Position numbers and translations under genes: made by a program. 52,509 nt of DNA from a virus: positions 1 to 52,509 of IMG/VR virus record IMGVR_UViG_3300020131_000001. One strand, 5' to 3'. Within the stretch, counting starts at the first letter, position 1, and every line of letters starts with the position of its first letter. Positions 42,682-51,779 of the stretch are shown one piece after another. A model generated the notes under the pieces. That model was given only the letters and a program-made list of their open reading frames with translations. It searched no databases and had not been told where the DNA came from.

Positions 42682-43095
42682 ATGCCTATCATGATTTCAA
42701 GCGTGGCCGAGCAGGGTACTTACGGCCATCCCTTTGTGGGGGACGTGCTGATAACGGATGTTGTCTTGGTTGACATCTCCGACCTGACCACTGCGGAAGT
42801 AGATGCTGATGGCTACTTGAAGCCCGGCGTCCCGTTCGCAAAGGACGGCTCTACAGTCGGCTCTGGCGTTCCTGTGTACGGTGTAACCATCGAACCCATC
42901 CGGCTGACGCACGCCACTATTCCGCCTACGAACGTGAGTCTTGCCGCCGATACCGGGACTATGCAGGTTGCCGTTGGTACGCATGGTCTCATCAATCGAG
43001 ACATCTGTGAAGACAACCTGGGGAGAGCTTTGACGGCTGACGAGATAGCCGGATTCGCTCTTGCTGGTTCAAATCTTCACCTGACACGAACCTAA
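42682..43095 (+). CDS. Head decoration protein (lambda gpD-like position and size).
   Basis: AGGAG RBS; 137 aa, directly upstream of the major capsid gene; the C-terminus resembles gpD-family ends. Confidence 0.4.
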   Translation: MPIMISSVAEQGTYGHPFVGDVLITDVVLVDISDLTTAEVDADGYLKPGVPFAKDGSTVGSGVPVYGVTIEPIRLTHATIPPTNVSLAADTGTMQVAVGTHGLINRDICEDNLGRALTADEIAGFALAGSNLHLTRT

Positions 43096-43112
43096 GCTAA
43101 AGGAGAAAGACA

Positions 43113-44171
43113 ATGGCTACTAGCTGGATTCCCGAAGTTGAGGAGCTTTCGCCTGCGGCTTTGACTGTCCGTGCTCAGACGATTGACCCCAACGACCCCG
43201 CAAACATGCTTCTCTGGCCCGCATTCGCACCCAGACGAGATGTTGACTCCGTTGACCTGAGTGACGTGACTACCCTGGACGACCGCCCCACGGCAGACCG
43301 TAGGGAGTGGAACCAGAGAGGCCGTCATGTTCCGCCTCGCATCCCCGCGCGTCGTGAGGTCTCGATAGTTCCTATTGAGGCTTACGACAAGATAGGGGAA
43401 AAGGAAATGCAGAGATTGGCTGAAGGCTCTAATGGCAACGAAGCCATTATGCAGCAGCTCATAGGCGTTCGCATCCCTGATCGGGCTATGAGATTGGTGA
43501 TGGCTGATTACCGAAGGCTTGAGTTCGACTTTTTCAACGCCTGGTTGAACGGCCAGATTGTCCAGCGCAATCCGCAGAATGCAGCCGAGACACAGACTGC
43601 CTCTTTCGGGTTTGACTCCGCTCGACTTACCACTGCTGGAACCGCATGGGACGACCCCGGCGAGGACGCCTATGCCAATCTCATAGGGTTTCTTGAGGAT
43701 GCCATATCGGCAGTCGGAAACATTCAGGGTGTGGCGACAAGGAACTCCGTTATCGCCGCTATTCAGGCTGACGCCCCTGACCTTATCGGCGGCGTAGCCA
43801 TGACCCGCGCTCAATTAGAGCAGCGAATCTCTGACGATGTGGGCCAGCCGTTCCGGTTCTACATGGTCGAGAATACCGTGGACGTTTTCACAGATGGCGG
43901 CACGGCTACCACTTCCACGAAGGTTTTCACTGCCGGACACCTCGCTGTGGTTCCCGCGGGTGGACAAGTGGGTTACACGGCCTTCGCTCCGGTTGTCCGC
44001 GCGATGGAATTAGCACGGCAGGTTCCCGGTGCCGGGATAGACATTCGCGGCGTCACGGTTTACTACGACGAAGAGTTGATGGGGAGAGGGCTGACCATAG
44101 AGGCACAGCTTAACGCCCTTCCTGTTCCTGACGAGCAGCGTGTTTTTGTCGTGGATACTCTCATAGCCTAA
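43113..44171 (+). CDS. Major capsid protein (gpE-like).
   Basis: AAGGAG RBS; 352 aa. Position and length match the lambda E family, and the C-terminal ...LNALPVPDEQRVFVVD resembles the E-family end. Confidence 0.7.
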   Translation: MATSWIPEVEELSPAALTVRAQTIDPNDPANMLLWPAFAPRRDVDSVDLSDVTTLDDRPTADRREWNQRGRHVPPRIPARREVSIVPIEAYDKIGEKEMQRLAEGSNGNEAIMQQLIGVRIPDRAMRLVMADYRRLEFDFFNAWLNGQIVQRNPQNAAETQTASFGFDSARLTTAGTAWDDPGEDAYANLIGFLEDAISAVGNIQGVATRNSVIAAIQADAPDLIGGVAMTRAQLEQRISDDVGQPFRFYMVENTVDVFTDGGTATTSTKVFTAGHLAVVPAGGQVGYTAFAPVVRAMELARQVPGAGIDIRGVTVYYDEELMGRGLTIEAQLNALPVPDEQRVFVVDTLIA

Positions 44172-44181
44172 AGGAGAAGTC

Positions 44182-44409
44182 ATGGCTGACGAAAGAAAGA
44201 TACTAAGAGGCGTCCGCATGGGACGGGAGCTTTATACGGATGTGGACGAACTTCAAGAGGTAGCCAGCAAGGAGCAGCTAGAGGAACTCTCGGCTAAGGG
44301 CTACATCACGGGGTTCGGTTATCCCGGCCCTGATGAGGCAGAGCAGAAGCCCCGCCGAAGTTCCAAGAAGGCTGCTAAAAAGGCTGCGACAAAAGAAGCC
44401 GCGAAGTGA
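44182..44409 (+). CDS. Small protein with a Lys/Ala-rich tail.
   Basis: AAGGAG RBS. Confidence 0.5.
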   Translation: MADERKILRGVRMGRELYTDVDELQEVASKEQLEELSAKGYITGFGYPGPDEAEQKPRRSSKKAAKKAATKEAAK

Positions 44410-44413
44410 GGTG

Positions 44414-45007
44414 ATGATGAAAAACAAACTCACTCTCATTCTTGCTTTCCTTCTTTGCTTCTCTGTCACCGGATTGGTAGTCGTGGAGGCTCAGAGCAGG
44501 ATGAGGGCGCACGGGGCGTCAATCATCTTCAGTAGTGCGGGAGCCCTGACCCTGACGCCTAGAAGCGGGCAGGCGGTCACAGTCGGCGGGCCTCTGACAG
44601 CTACCGGAAACTTTTCAGTCAATACAAACAAGTTCACCGTTGCTGCGGCCTCTGGAAATACTGCGGTAGCCGGAACACTAGGAGTAACCGGGGCTTCTAC
44701 TCTAACAGGCGGGGCGACTATTGGGTCGGGTGGTACGGCAATAACTAAAGTCCTGAGAGGGACGGTAGCTATTGACCCTGCCAGCATCGCCACGGACGCT
44801 GTTAGCTCTCAGACCTTTACTCTAACAGGTGCGGTAGTCGGGGACTCAATAGAAGTAAATCCCCCGGCCGCCGGGCTAACTGCTGGCTTGGTTGTCTCTC
44901 ATGTGTATGTATCCGCCGCCGACACCATCACTATTGTCTTTCACAACACAACGGGTGACGCGATAGATGAGGCTTCGGCTAGCTGGACTTATTTGATTGT
45001 GCGCTGA
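44414..45007 (+). CDS. Signal-peptide-bearing Gly/Thr/Ala-rich beta protein in the head module.
   Basis: Start trimmed to ATG 44414 (GAGGTGA RBS). MMKNKLTLILAFLLCFSVTGLVVVEAQS. Confidence 0.55.
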   Translation: MMKNKLTLILAFLLCFSVTGLVVVEAQSRMRAHGASIIFSSAGALTLTPRSGQAVTVGGPLTATGNFSVNTNKFTVAAASGNTAVAGTLGVTGASTLTGGATIGSGGTAITKVLRGTVAIDPASIATDAVSSQTFTLTGAVVGDSIEVNPPAAGLTAGLVVSHVYVSAADTITIVFHNTTGDAIDEASASWTYLIVR

Positions 45008-45013
45008 AATCAC

Positions 45014-45316
45014 ATGGCCTTGACATCTGAGCAAATTGATACCGTTGCCGAGATAGTGGATGAGTCTTACGCGACGGTAGCAGATAAAGCTTCCGTGATA
45101 GAGGCCGCAACCGAGGCTCATATCGTAGAGGACATAGCGACTTGGAACGCTAATCGAGACAAGGTGAAGCTGGAAATCGGCGGCGGGGGCGATGGTGTCA
45201 ACTTGAAGGCTAAGAGGTTGTTGGATGCTATCACGGCGCGGACACGTAGAAGGCTTGGGCTGCCTACTTTAGTTGGGTATAGGGGTGGAAGTATTTCAGC
45301 CGGTTCGGTGTACTGA
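45014..45316 (+). CDS. Head-tail connector candidate.
   Basis: Assigned from position and size only. Confidence 0.4.
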   Translation: MALTSEQIDTVAEIVDESYATVADKASVIEAATEAHIVEDIATWNANRDKVKLEIGGGGDGVNLKAKRLLDAITARTRRRLGLPTLVGYRGGSISAGSVY

Positions 45317-45699
45317 TGAGTGACTTAGGCAATGCTTATAGCGAAGTGGCGGTGGCCTGGGGTGAAGCGGCGGCTGATGTCTATTCAGATGTTTGCACCA
45401 TTAAGAGGAAGCAAGCCGTAAGCGGCTCAGCAACTCTGGCAAATATCCACGTTGATGTTCCCTGTAGTGACCCGAAACCCAAAGGCGGCGGTCAATCTGC
45501 CGATGCGATAAGAGGCAAGACCACTTACTTAATTGAGATGCCAGCAAGCATTAACGGCACGACTCTTAACACGGTACAGACGGAAGATTTTCTGGTAGTC
45601 GCAGCAAGAGGCATACAGCCCGTAAGGACGTACAAGGTTCAAGCGGTTGAGCAGGACAGAGGCATTAAGGTCTTTGCACGCTGCACCATCGAGTCATGA
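45316..45699 (+). CDS. Head-tail adaptor candidate.
   Basis: TGATG overlap with the upstream gene; otherwise position only. Confidence 0.4.
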   Translation: MSDLGNAYSEVAVAWGEAAADVYSDVCTIKRKQAVSGSATLANIHVDVPCSDPKPKGGGQSADAIRGKTTYLIEMPASINGTTLNTVQTEDFLVVAARGIQPVRTYKVQAVEQDRGIKVFARCTIES

Positions 45700-46232
45700 T
45701 AACGATTGAAGTTCAAGGCGAAAAGCAACTAGACATCGCGCTCCGTGGTGCCGCTAAGGACTTGTCTGATTTCCGATTAGTAGCACTCGCCGTCTCGGAT
45801 GAAATTTACAGCATTGTTCGTGAGCAGTTTGCAACCGAAGGTGGTAGAGCTGGTAGACGCTGGCCGAAACGTACAACCGCTTATCTTGATTCGATAACAC
45901 GGACGAACCGGAAGGGCTTCAAATCTTTAGGACTTCCACTTCGCTCAAGTGATGCGCTCTTTACAGCGGTAACGACAAGAAATGCGCCCGGTGGAATCTA
46001 CGATGCCACTGAGGAAGGTTTAACGCTCGGCACTAACTTGAAATCCGAAAGAGGCTATCCATATCCGATAGCGCATCAGGAGGGCAGGGGCAATAACCCT
46101 GTAAGACGTATCTATGATTTGACGGATGAAGACGGAAAGCGAATCGGGCGAATCATCACTAAAGCACTGAAGGGGCCGATTCAGGATAGAGGGTTTGACT
46201 ACACGGAAGACAGCGGAGAGATACCTTTCTAA
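45696..46232 (+). CDS. Virion morphogenesis / tail-completion protein (HK97 gp10 or Mu G-like).
   Basis: The N-terminus ITIEVQGEKQLDIALRGAAKDL......VREQFATEGGRAGRRWP is typical of that family. Confidence 0.5.
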   Translation: MITIEVQGEKQLDIALRGAAKDLSDFRLVALAVSDEIYSIVREQFATEGGRAGRRWPKRTTAYLDSITRTNRKGFKSLGLPLRSSDALFTAVTTRNAPGGIYDATEEGLTLGTNLKSERGYPYPIAHQEGRGNNPVRRIYDLTDEDGKRIGRIITKALKGPIQDRGFDYTEDSGEIPF

Positions 46233-46727
46233 ATGGTTTGGGAGCCGTCAATAAGAGTCACAGATATTCGGCCAATCAGCCCGAATCTTTTGCAGTTCTT
46301 TAGAGACCATCAGACGGAAACTCTTTTTTGGGCGAATGGTAATCAGGCTGGGTTAAGTGACTTCGCGGTTATCTACAACACGGGAGAGGGACTTGAGTAT
46401 CAGATATTCCCGAATGTGCAGGTTATCAGAGAGCGTCATTCGACAAGCTATGACGATGGTGGGTTAACTATTAAGTACAGCTTGGATTTGCTCTATGAGG
46501 TTTACGGCACGAATCCAACTGATTTGAGAATTGAAGCGAAGAAGAGGGGTTACGCTTTGGAATCTATGGCCGTGAATATTCCGGCAGACGAGTTGATAGA
46601 TGGGATTGACAACATAACGACTCTGACGGTCAACGAGGTAACGCTGGAGCACGGGCTTTTACAGGGCGAAGAGGGTAAGTGGGTAATCGGCTCAACCCTG
46701 CGGCTAGCATACGAATTTATGGAGTAA
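46233..46727 (+). CDS. Tail terminator/completion candidate.
   Basis: Position only. Confidence 0.4.
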   Translation: MVWEPSIRVTDIRPISPNLLQFFRDHQTETLFWANGNQAGLSDFAVIYNTGEGLEYQIFPNVQVIRERHSTSYDDGGLTIKYSLDLLYEVYGTNPTDLRIEAKKRGYALESMAVNIPADELIDGIDNITTLTVNEVTLEHGLLQGEEGKWVIGSTLRLAYEFME

Positions 46728-46731
46728 GAGA

Positions 46732-47031
46732 ATGGCGACGACAACTACTAAAGCAGAATCATCGGAAGTAAAAAGCGTTGTGGTAGAAGGCTCGGAGCAC
46801 GACGTTAAAAGAGACGGCGTGAGGGCTGTAAGTTACGACACCTATAAGCAAGTCGCTATAGCGGGCGGCTTCTTTAACCCCGACGAGGAGCCCACGAACA
46901 CAAGGTACTACCCGCCGCTCGACATCTCAGGTCTCAGGACTCTCAGAGATGACGCTAAAGCCGATGCGGGAAGAAGGCAGGCCGCCGGAAGCCGTCTAGC
47001 CGAGATTGATAAGATTCTTGGAGGTCAATAA
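46732..47031 (+). CDS. Hypothetical structural-module protein.
   Basis: Position only. Confidence 0.4.
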   Translation: MATTTTKAESSEVKSVVVEGSEHDVKRDGVRAVSYDTYKQVAIAGGFFNPDEEPTNTRYYPPLDISGLRTLRDDAKADAGRRQAAGSRLAEIDKILGGQ

Positions 47032-47645
47032 TGCCTGGTTCAACTCTTAACTGGAACACCGTAAACATCCCCCGTGGTCAGAGGGTTGAAATCTGGGCGA
47101 AGCTGGCCGTGCCGGGTGCCGGGGCAAGGCTTACTCTGCACACTGACTTAACGCCTGAATCCGTCGCCAACCCTAACGCCCTTCATCTAGGCAGAACGGA
47201 AGACGGCGCAGAGCTTCGCTATGCTACCACATTGGCCCACAAGGTATCTGATGAGTTTGACGCCCCCTTTGACACTACCATTGAAGTAGTTGAGGGGATC
47301 ATAGCGGCAACGATTATGCCCACCCTTGATACTCAGATAATGGAAGTCCTGATGCCGGGAACAACCCGTGCCGTGGGTTCGGGGTATGAAGAACTTCCAT
47401 TCGGCGGCTCAATCGGCGCACCTTCTAAATACTCCGTTGCTGCTATATGGCGAATGCCGGAAGATAACACCAAAGTCGCGGTCTTCCATCTCTACAATGC
47501 AATTCAGGATAACGCCTTAGCCTTCAGGGTCCGCAAGAGCGGTAACGCGATAGGTTCTACTCCGATAGCCTTTAGGGGCTTCGCTGTTGCATCAAGAGCA
47601 GCGGGCGACCAAACGGGCAAGTTCTGGAAACAGGTCACAGTCTAA
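47031..47645 (+). CDS. Major tail (tube) protein.
   Basis: 204 aa, directly upstream of the chaperone/tape-measure genes, and followed by a 9-bp-stem hairpin. Confidence 0.6.
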   Translation: MPGSTLNWNTVNIPRGQRVEIWAKLAVPGAGARLTLHTDLTPESVANPNALHLGRTEDGAELRYATTLAHKVSDEFDAPFDTTIEVVEGIIAATIMPTLDTQIMEVLMPGTTRAVGSGYEELPFGGSIGAPSKYSVAAIWRMPEDNTKVAVFHLYNAIQDNALAFRVRKSGNAIGSTPIAFRGFAVASRAAGDQTGKFWKQVTV

Positions 47646-47662
47646 GGTTAGTTGCTTCAAGA

Positions 47663-47695
47663 GAAGGGCTGAGCATAGTCCAAAGCCAGCCCTTC
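47663..47695 (+). promoter_or_regulatory. Hairpin after the major tail gene (attenuator or mRNA-stability element).
   Basis: GAAGGGCTG-15 nt-CAGCCCTTC. No U-tract follows. Confidence 0.35.
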
Positions 47696-47765
47696 CACAT
47701 CTCCCATCATTCATTCCTTTGGATAACAACTTAATCTGCTAAGCCTCACAGCCGAAAACTATCTT

Positions 47766-48251
47766 ATGGAGATATTTATGCAGGCCACATTTTTAGACGG
47801 AAGTACACAAGAAATTGAGTTAGTCAACATCCCCAGGAACATACTCTGGAAACACGGGCGCACAGGGCAAGCCTTTCAGTCCCGAATAAATGAGATTGTC
47901 AGTGGATATAAGGATGAGTCGCCTGAAGCACAAGGGCTGATATTTCTTGAATCCATGACGGACGAGGAGAGGCTGAAATTCAAGAACTTTGCCGACGACA
48001 TCATCAAGTACTCGACAAGCCCCCAAGTGGAACCTGACAGCCTAACCGAGATGTCCTATTGGGTGATATTCGGCAGGAAGATGTACGGACTACCCGACGC
48101 GCCTATCCAGACCACGGAAGGAGAGACGACCGTTGAAGCGGTCGAGACGTTTCCTGTTCAGTCCACACTTTCTGAGGCTGGCGAGGATGTGCCGAACCTT
48201 CGGACAGAGGCCGTCCAAAGTGATGGGACTAATAGACCCACTGCTATGTGA
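47766..48251 (+). CDS. Tail assembly chaperone (gpG-like).
   Basis: Lies between the major tail and tape measure genes; acidic. Confidence 0.55.
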   Translation: MEIFMQATFLDGSTQEIELVNIPRNILWKHGRTGQAFQSRINEIVSGYKDESPEAQGLIFLESMTDEERLKFKNFADDIIKYSTSPQVEPDSLTEMSYWVIFGRKMYGLPDAPIQTTEGETTVEAVETFPVQSTLSEAGEDVPNLRTEAVQSDGTNRPTAM

Positions 48252-48390
48252 CGACATTGACATCCTTGCGAGTGAGTTACTGAAACAGGAAGACCCCGAC
48301 CCGCAGGATTTAATGGTGGCGATGCTGATGGGCAACGTGCCTAGTCAGAGCGACCCGCAGTTGATAGTTGACGGCATACCTTATGGCTGA
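48223..48390 (+). CDS. gpT-like segment: either a frameshift extension of the chaperone or an independent 55-aa ORF.
   Basis: The +1 frame relative to 47766-48251 is open from 48067. The plausible sequence LLCDDIDILASELLKQEDPDPQDLMV lies downstream of the chaperone stop. Confidence 0.35.
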   Translation: MGLIDPLLCDDIDILASELLKQEDPDPQDLMVAMLMGNVPSQSDPQLIVDGIPYG

Positions 48391-51079
48391 CGCTTCTTTA
48401 CTCTTTAAGATGCTCATGGACGCCTCTCAGGCGAAGCGTGAGGCTACGGCTGCCCGCGAGCATATCTCGAAAGAGATGAAGCAACTGGAGTCTGCCTTTG
48501 GTAAGGATGCCGGTTATTCTTCCAAACTCGCTAATGCTACAGGCGTCTTTATATCCGACAGTCAAAGGGCCATTGCTAATGCACAGAACGTCGCTACGGG
48601 TGCCGAGAGGGCGATACAGAGAACGACCACTAATATAGCGGCAGCACAGAAGCAGGCGGCATCTTTTACGAGTCAGTTGTCTTCTATGGCGGGACAGGCC
48701 GGGGCTGTCATAGGCGTTTTAAGTGGGGTTGCAAGTGGAGCTATTGCAGCAGGGACGGCGATATTCAAACTGGCCCAGAATGCAGCGGAATCGGCGGGAC
48801 ACTTCTTTGACCTCTCACAGAAGACCGGGCTTGCTACCGAGACCATATCAGCTCTTAGTTTAGCGAGTGATAAGGGCGAAGCTTCAATAGATGAGATTTC
48901 CCAGGCGGTAGTTATTTTCTCAAGGACTATTGGGGAGGCTGCGCGGGGAAGCGATGCGGCCAAAGAGAAGCTGGAACGCTTGGGGGTTGACCCGCAGAAA
49001 GCGGTTAAGGATTTAGACGGCGCTTTAGCCCAAGCCTTTAAGACTATTGCTAATGGCCGTTCGGATGTTGAGCAGACGAGCTTAGCAACAGATGCTTTCG
49101 GAAGGTCGGGGGCTAATCTAAAAGGAATCATTCTTGATGCTAATGGAAGCCTAGAGAAAATAATTGAAACGGCTCGCGAACTCGGATTGGTTATTGATAA
49201 TGAAACCGGGCGACGGGCGGATGAATTTGGCACAACCCTTGTTACCCTGCAAACTCAACTAAAAGCTTTAGCTAATACCATAGGCCACGAAGTTATTCCT
49301 GTTATCACAAAGGGAATGGGGGACGCATCGGCTTCGCTTAAAGAGAACCGTGAGTCATGGAAAGAGTGGGGCCGCGATGTCGGGGCCGTAACCGCTTTAG
49401 CAATCGAAGCCATTCGCTCAGACCTTCAAAAGCTGGAGTTCATGATTAACGCCAGCCCTGCCGGTTTTCTTCTGCTTCAAGCAGGGAGACGGATTGCTGA
49501 CAACGCCAGAACAAATACGACAGGGACGAAGCTTGGTACAAGTGATGTTTCGGGTAGTAGGCAGGGGCAGGCGGATTTAGGTAACTGGAGAGATATTGTT
49601 GACCCCGCAGACGTAAAGAGGGCGAAGGAGAGGGAAGAAAGAGAGGCTGAGACTGCCGCAAGAAAGGCTGAGGCTGCTGCTAGGAAAGCTGAGGCTGCTG
49701 CTAGGAAAGCTGAAGATGAGGCGAGAGAGCGGGCTAGAGCGAGATTTAGAGATATAGAGGGTCAGTTAGATGAGGAACAACTAGCCTACCAGAAACAGGC
49801 TGATAACCTTGAGCGAATATATGACCAAAAACTGGTAGACCTTGATGGGTACGTTCAGCAGTTTGAGGCGATTGAAAACAGGCACCTTAATGCTCTTAAA
49901 GCCCTATTTGAAAGAGAACGCCAAGAGGCTGACCAGACAGAGAAAACCGAAGAGGCGCGGTTAGCCAAGCGAAGGGAGATTGACAACAAGGAGAAGGCGG
50001 CGGAATACGCCACGCAAAAAGCTATTGCTGACGTAAGGGAAAGGGCAAGACAAAAAGAGGCCGACGCTCTTGCACAGCATCTCCGCGAAGTGGCCGACCT
50101 GCACGACCGAGCAAGGGAGCGTGAGATTGAGATTATCAATCGGGCCATAGAAATAGATGTTGGAAACGTAGAAGAAGGCACTAAAAAGATAGATGCCATT
50201 CTTGAAGCGTCGTTTATTGAGAGGCGCAACCTCTTATTAAAAGATTTGGCCTTAGCTGGCGCTGATAAGCAGGAACGCCAGAGAATTTACAACGAGCTTG
50301 CGAAATTAAACGATGACTACTCACAAAGGTTTTTAGATAACGCTCGAAAGAGGACAGAGGCTTTAATTAACGAGCGTATTGAGCAGTTAAGACAGACCAA
50401 AGCGATAAGCGCCCCTCCGGGCTTGGATTTGTCGGCAAGTGGCCCGCGAAACCAATATCCAGCCGAGCTGGGTGCAGCAATAATCAAGGATATAGGAGAA
50501 GCCCCGCCCCCGGATTTCAGCCCGTGGTTTGAAGCCTTCAACATGCTCAAAGAGTCGGGGGCCAATGCCTTTAATTCCTTAGCTCGGGGAATGGGCAATC
50601 TCGTACAGCAATATATCTTACTTGGGACTACCGGCCCCGCAGCCCTGAAGAAACTATTAGCTTCTGCCGTGGCTTCAATAGCTGCTGAAGCTGCTGTCCG
50701 TGCCATCTTTGAACTCGCTAAAGGCTTCGCCGCCCTCTTCCTTAATCCCGCAGAAGCTGCCGCACACTTCAAAGCCGCCGCCCTGTTCGGCTCAATAGCC
50801 GGAGCCGCAACGGTGGTAGGTAGAGCTATAGCTGGGGACTCTTTCCAGAACGACGCAAGAAATGACCGGGGATTACCTACAGGCTCAAGATTGGCGCAAG
50901 AGGATAGACCGACTCAACCCATAGACGTAGGACGGAGAACGGGCGAAGCTTCAACCATAAACATAGTGGTGACTTCAAGGCCGCAGCCCGGAACGATTAT
51001 CGAAACATTGGTTGAGGATTACCGAAACAACGGGCGCAGCCGCTCAATTATTCGTGATGATGGAGTGCTGGCTACTTAG
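48383..51079 (+). CDS. Tape measure protein.
   Basis: About 898 aa, Ala-rich and helical, with hydrophobic segments. Lies after the chaperones. The start at ATG 48383 overlaps the preceding stop (ATGGCTGA). Confidence 0.85.
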   Translation: MADASLLFKMLMDASQAKREATAAREHISKEMKQLESAFGKDAGYSSKLANATGVFISDSQRAIANAQNVATGAERAIQRTTTNIAAAQKQAASFTSQLSSMAGQAGAVIGVLSGVASGAIAAGTAIFKLAQNAAESAGHFFDLSQKTGLATETISALSLASDKGEASIDEISQAVVIFSRTIGEAARGSDAAKEKLERLGVDPQKAVKDLDGALAQAFKTIANGRSDVEQTSLATDAFGRSGANLKGIILDANGSLEKIIETARELGLVIDNETGRRADEFGTTLVTLQTQLKALANTIGHEVIPVITKGMGDASASLKENRESWKEWGRDVGAVTALAIEAIRSDLQKLEFMINASPAGFLLLQAGRRIADNARTNTTGTKLGTSDVSGSRQGQADLGNWRDIVDPADVKRAKEREEREAETAARKAEAAARKAEAAARKAEDEARERARARFRDIEGQLDEEQLAYQKQADNLERIYDQKLVDLDGYVQQFEAIENRHLNALKALFERERQEADQTEKTEEARLAKRREIDNKEKAAEYATQKAIADVRERARQKEADALAQHLREVADLHDRAREREIEIINRAIEIDVGNVEEGTKKIDAILEASFIERRNLLLKDLALAGADKQERQRIYNELAKLNDDYSQRFLDNARKRTEALINERIEQLRQTKAISAPPGLDLSASGPRNQYPAELGAAIIKDIGEAPPPDFSPWFEAFNMLKESGANAFNSLARGMGNLVQQYILLGTTGPAALKKLLASAVASIAAEAAVRAIFELAKGFAALFLNPAEAAAHFKAAALFGSIAGAATVVGRAIAGDSFQNDARNDRGLPTGSRLAQEDRPTQPIDVGRRTGEASTINIVVTSRPQPGTIIETLVEDYRNNGRSRSIIRDDGVLAT
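49661..49716 (+). repeat. 21-nt in-frame tandem repeat (about 2.7 copies) inside the tape measure gene.
   Basis: AG(A/G)AA(G/A)GCTGAGGCTGCTGCT repeats, encoding (RKAEAAA)n. Confidence 0.8.
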
Positions 51080-51512
51080 CTTTCTTCAGTGCTTTTAGAA
51101 AGTTCTTTGCAAGGTTCATCTCATTAGGACGGCTAAGAGAAAAGCCGGATGATTCTTCGTAGGTTTCATCATCCTGCCACAGAATCCGCTTTCTCTTTTC
51201 AGTCTGGACATACGCGGTTAGCTGAGAGCGCATGTAGTGAGACCTTCTGCGGCCAAGTGATTCTGTACTGGACTCAACGGTATAGAGAAGGATGAACTCG
51301 GCTTCATCGGGAGAGTCTACTAGGATGAACTGCTTCTTTAGTTCATTGGCAATTATTTTCCGAGAGCTAACGGACTCGGCAGCAATATAGACCTTTTGCT
51401 TTCCCTGTAGTTCGGTGATTTGACCGTATTCAGGAAGTTCTTGAGCAAGAACGGTAGAAGTCAAAAGCGTTATCAGTAGCAAGGAGATTGTTTTAAGTCT
51501 CATTTTATTCAC
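51072..51512 (-). CDS. Secreted (Sec signal peptide) protein on the antisense strand.
   Basis: MNKMRLKTISLLLITLLTSTVLAQE. ATGA overlap with the upstream antisense gene. Its 3' end overlaps the tape measure stop by 8 nt. Confidence 0.6.
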   Translation of the reverse strand: MNKMRLKTISLLLITLLTSTVLAQELPEYGQITELQGKQKVYIAAESVSSRKIIANELKKQFILVDSPDEAEFILLYTVESSTESLGRRRSHYMRSQLTAYVQTEKRKRILWQDDETYEESSGFSLSRPNEMNLAKNFLKALKKAK

Positions 51513-51724
51513 CTAGCAAATAGAGGAGCAAGAAGCAATATGAAAAGGAGGCCAGCTAGAAAGCAGGGTATGAGTATCGCAACTAATACGCCCCACATGA
51601 TTGCAATGGACAGGCTGGCTTTGTCTATCCAGAGCGGCTTGTATTGCCTACCGCAGTGCGGACAGAGGGGCGCAAGTGGGGAGATTGCAACTCCGCAATC
51701 TGAGCAAGCTACTGTGTTAGGCAT
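51509..51724 (-). CDS. Zinc-ribbon plus two-TM membrane protein on the antisense strand.
   Basis: Start trimmed to ATG 51724 (AAAGGGG RBS). CSDCG...CPHCG, then IAIMWGVLVAILIPCFLAGLLFILLLAPLF. Confidence 0.55.
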   Translation of the reverse strand: MPNTVACSDCGVAISPLAPLCPHCGRQYKPLWIDKASLSIAIMWGVLVAILIPCFLAGLLFILLLAPLFAR

Positions 51725-51779
51725 AAGCACCCCTTTCGGGGCATAGCCTAGCAGAAGAAAGAAGAAGGAATCAAGAGAC

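Noticed and set aside
43092-43814. 240-aa minus-strand ORF.
   Set aside because: It is fully antisense to the major capsid gene, which has a strong RBS and operon context. Its composition (Ser/Gly/Arg/Cys-rich) looks like a shadow frame.
48673-50772. Three long minus-strand ORFs (48673-49233, 49855-50229, 50317-50772).
   Set aside because: All are nested antisense within the tape measure gene. Their Ser/Ala/Arg-rich low-complexity translations mirror the Ala/Glu/Arg-rich sense frame.
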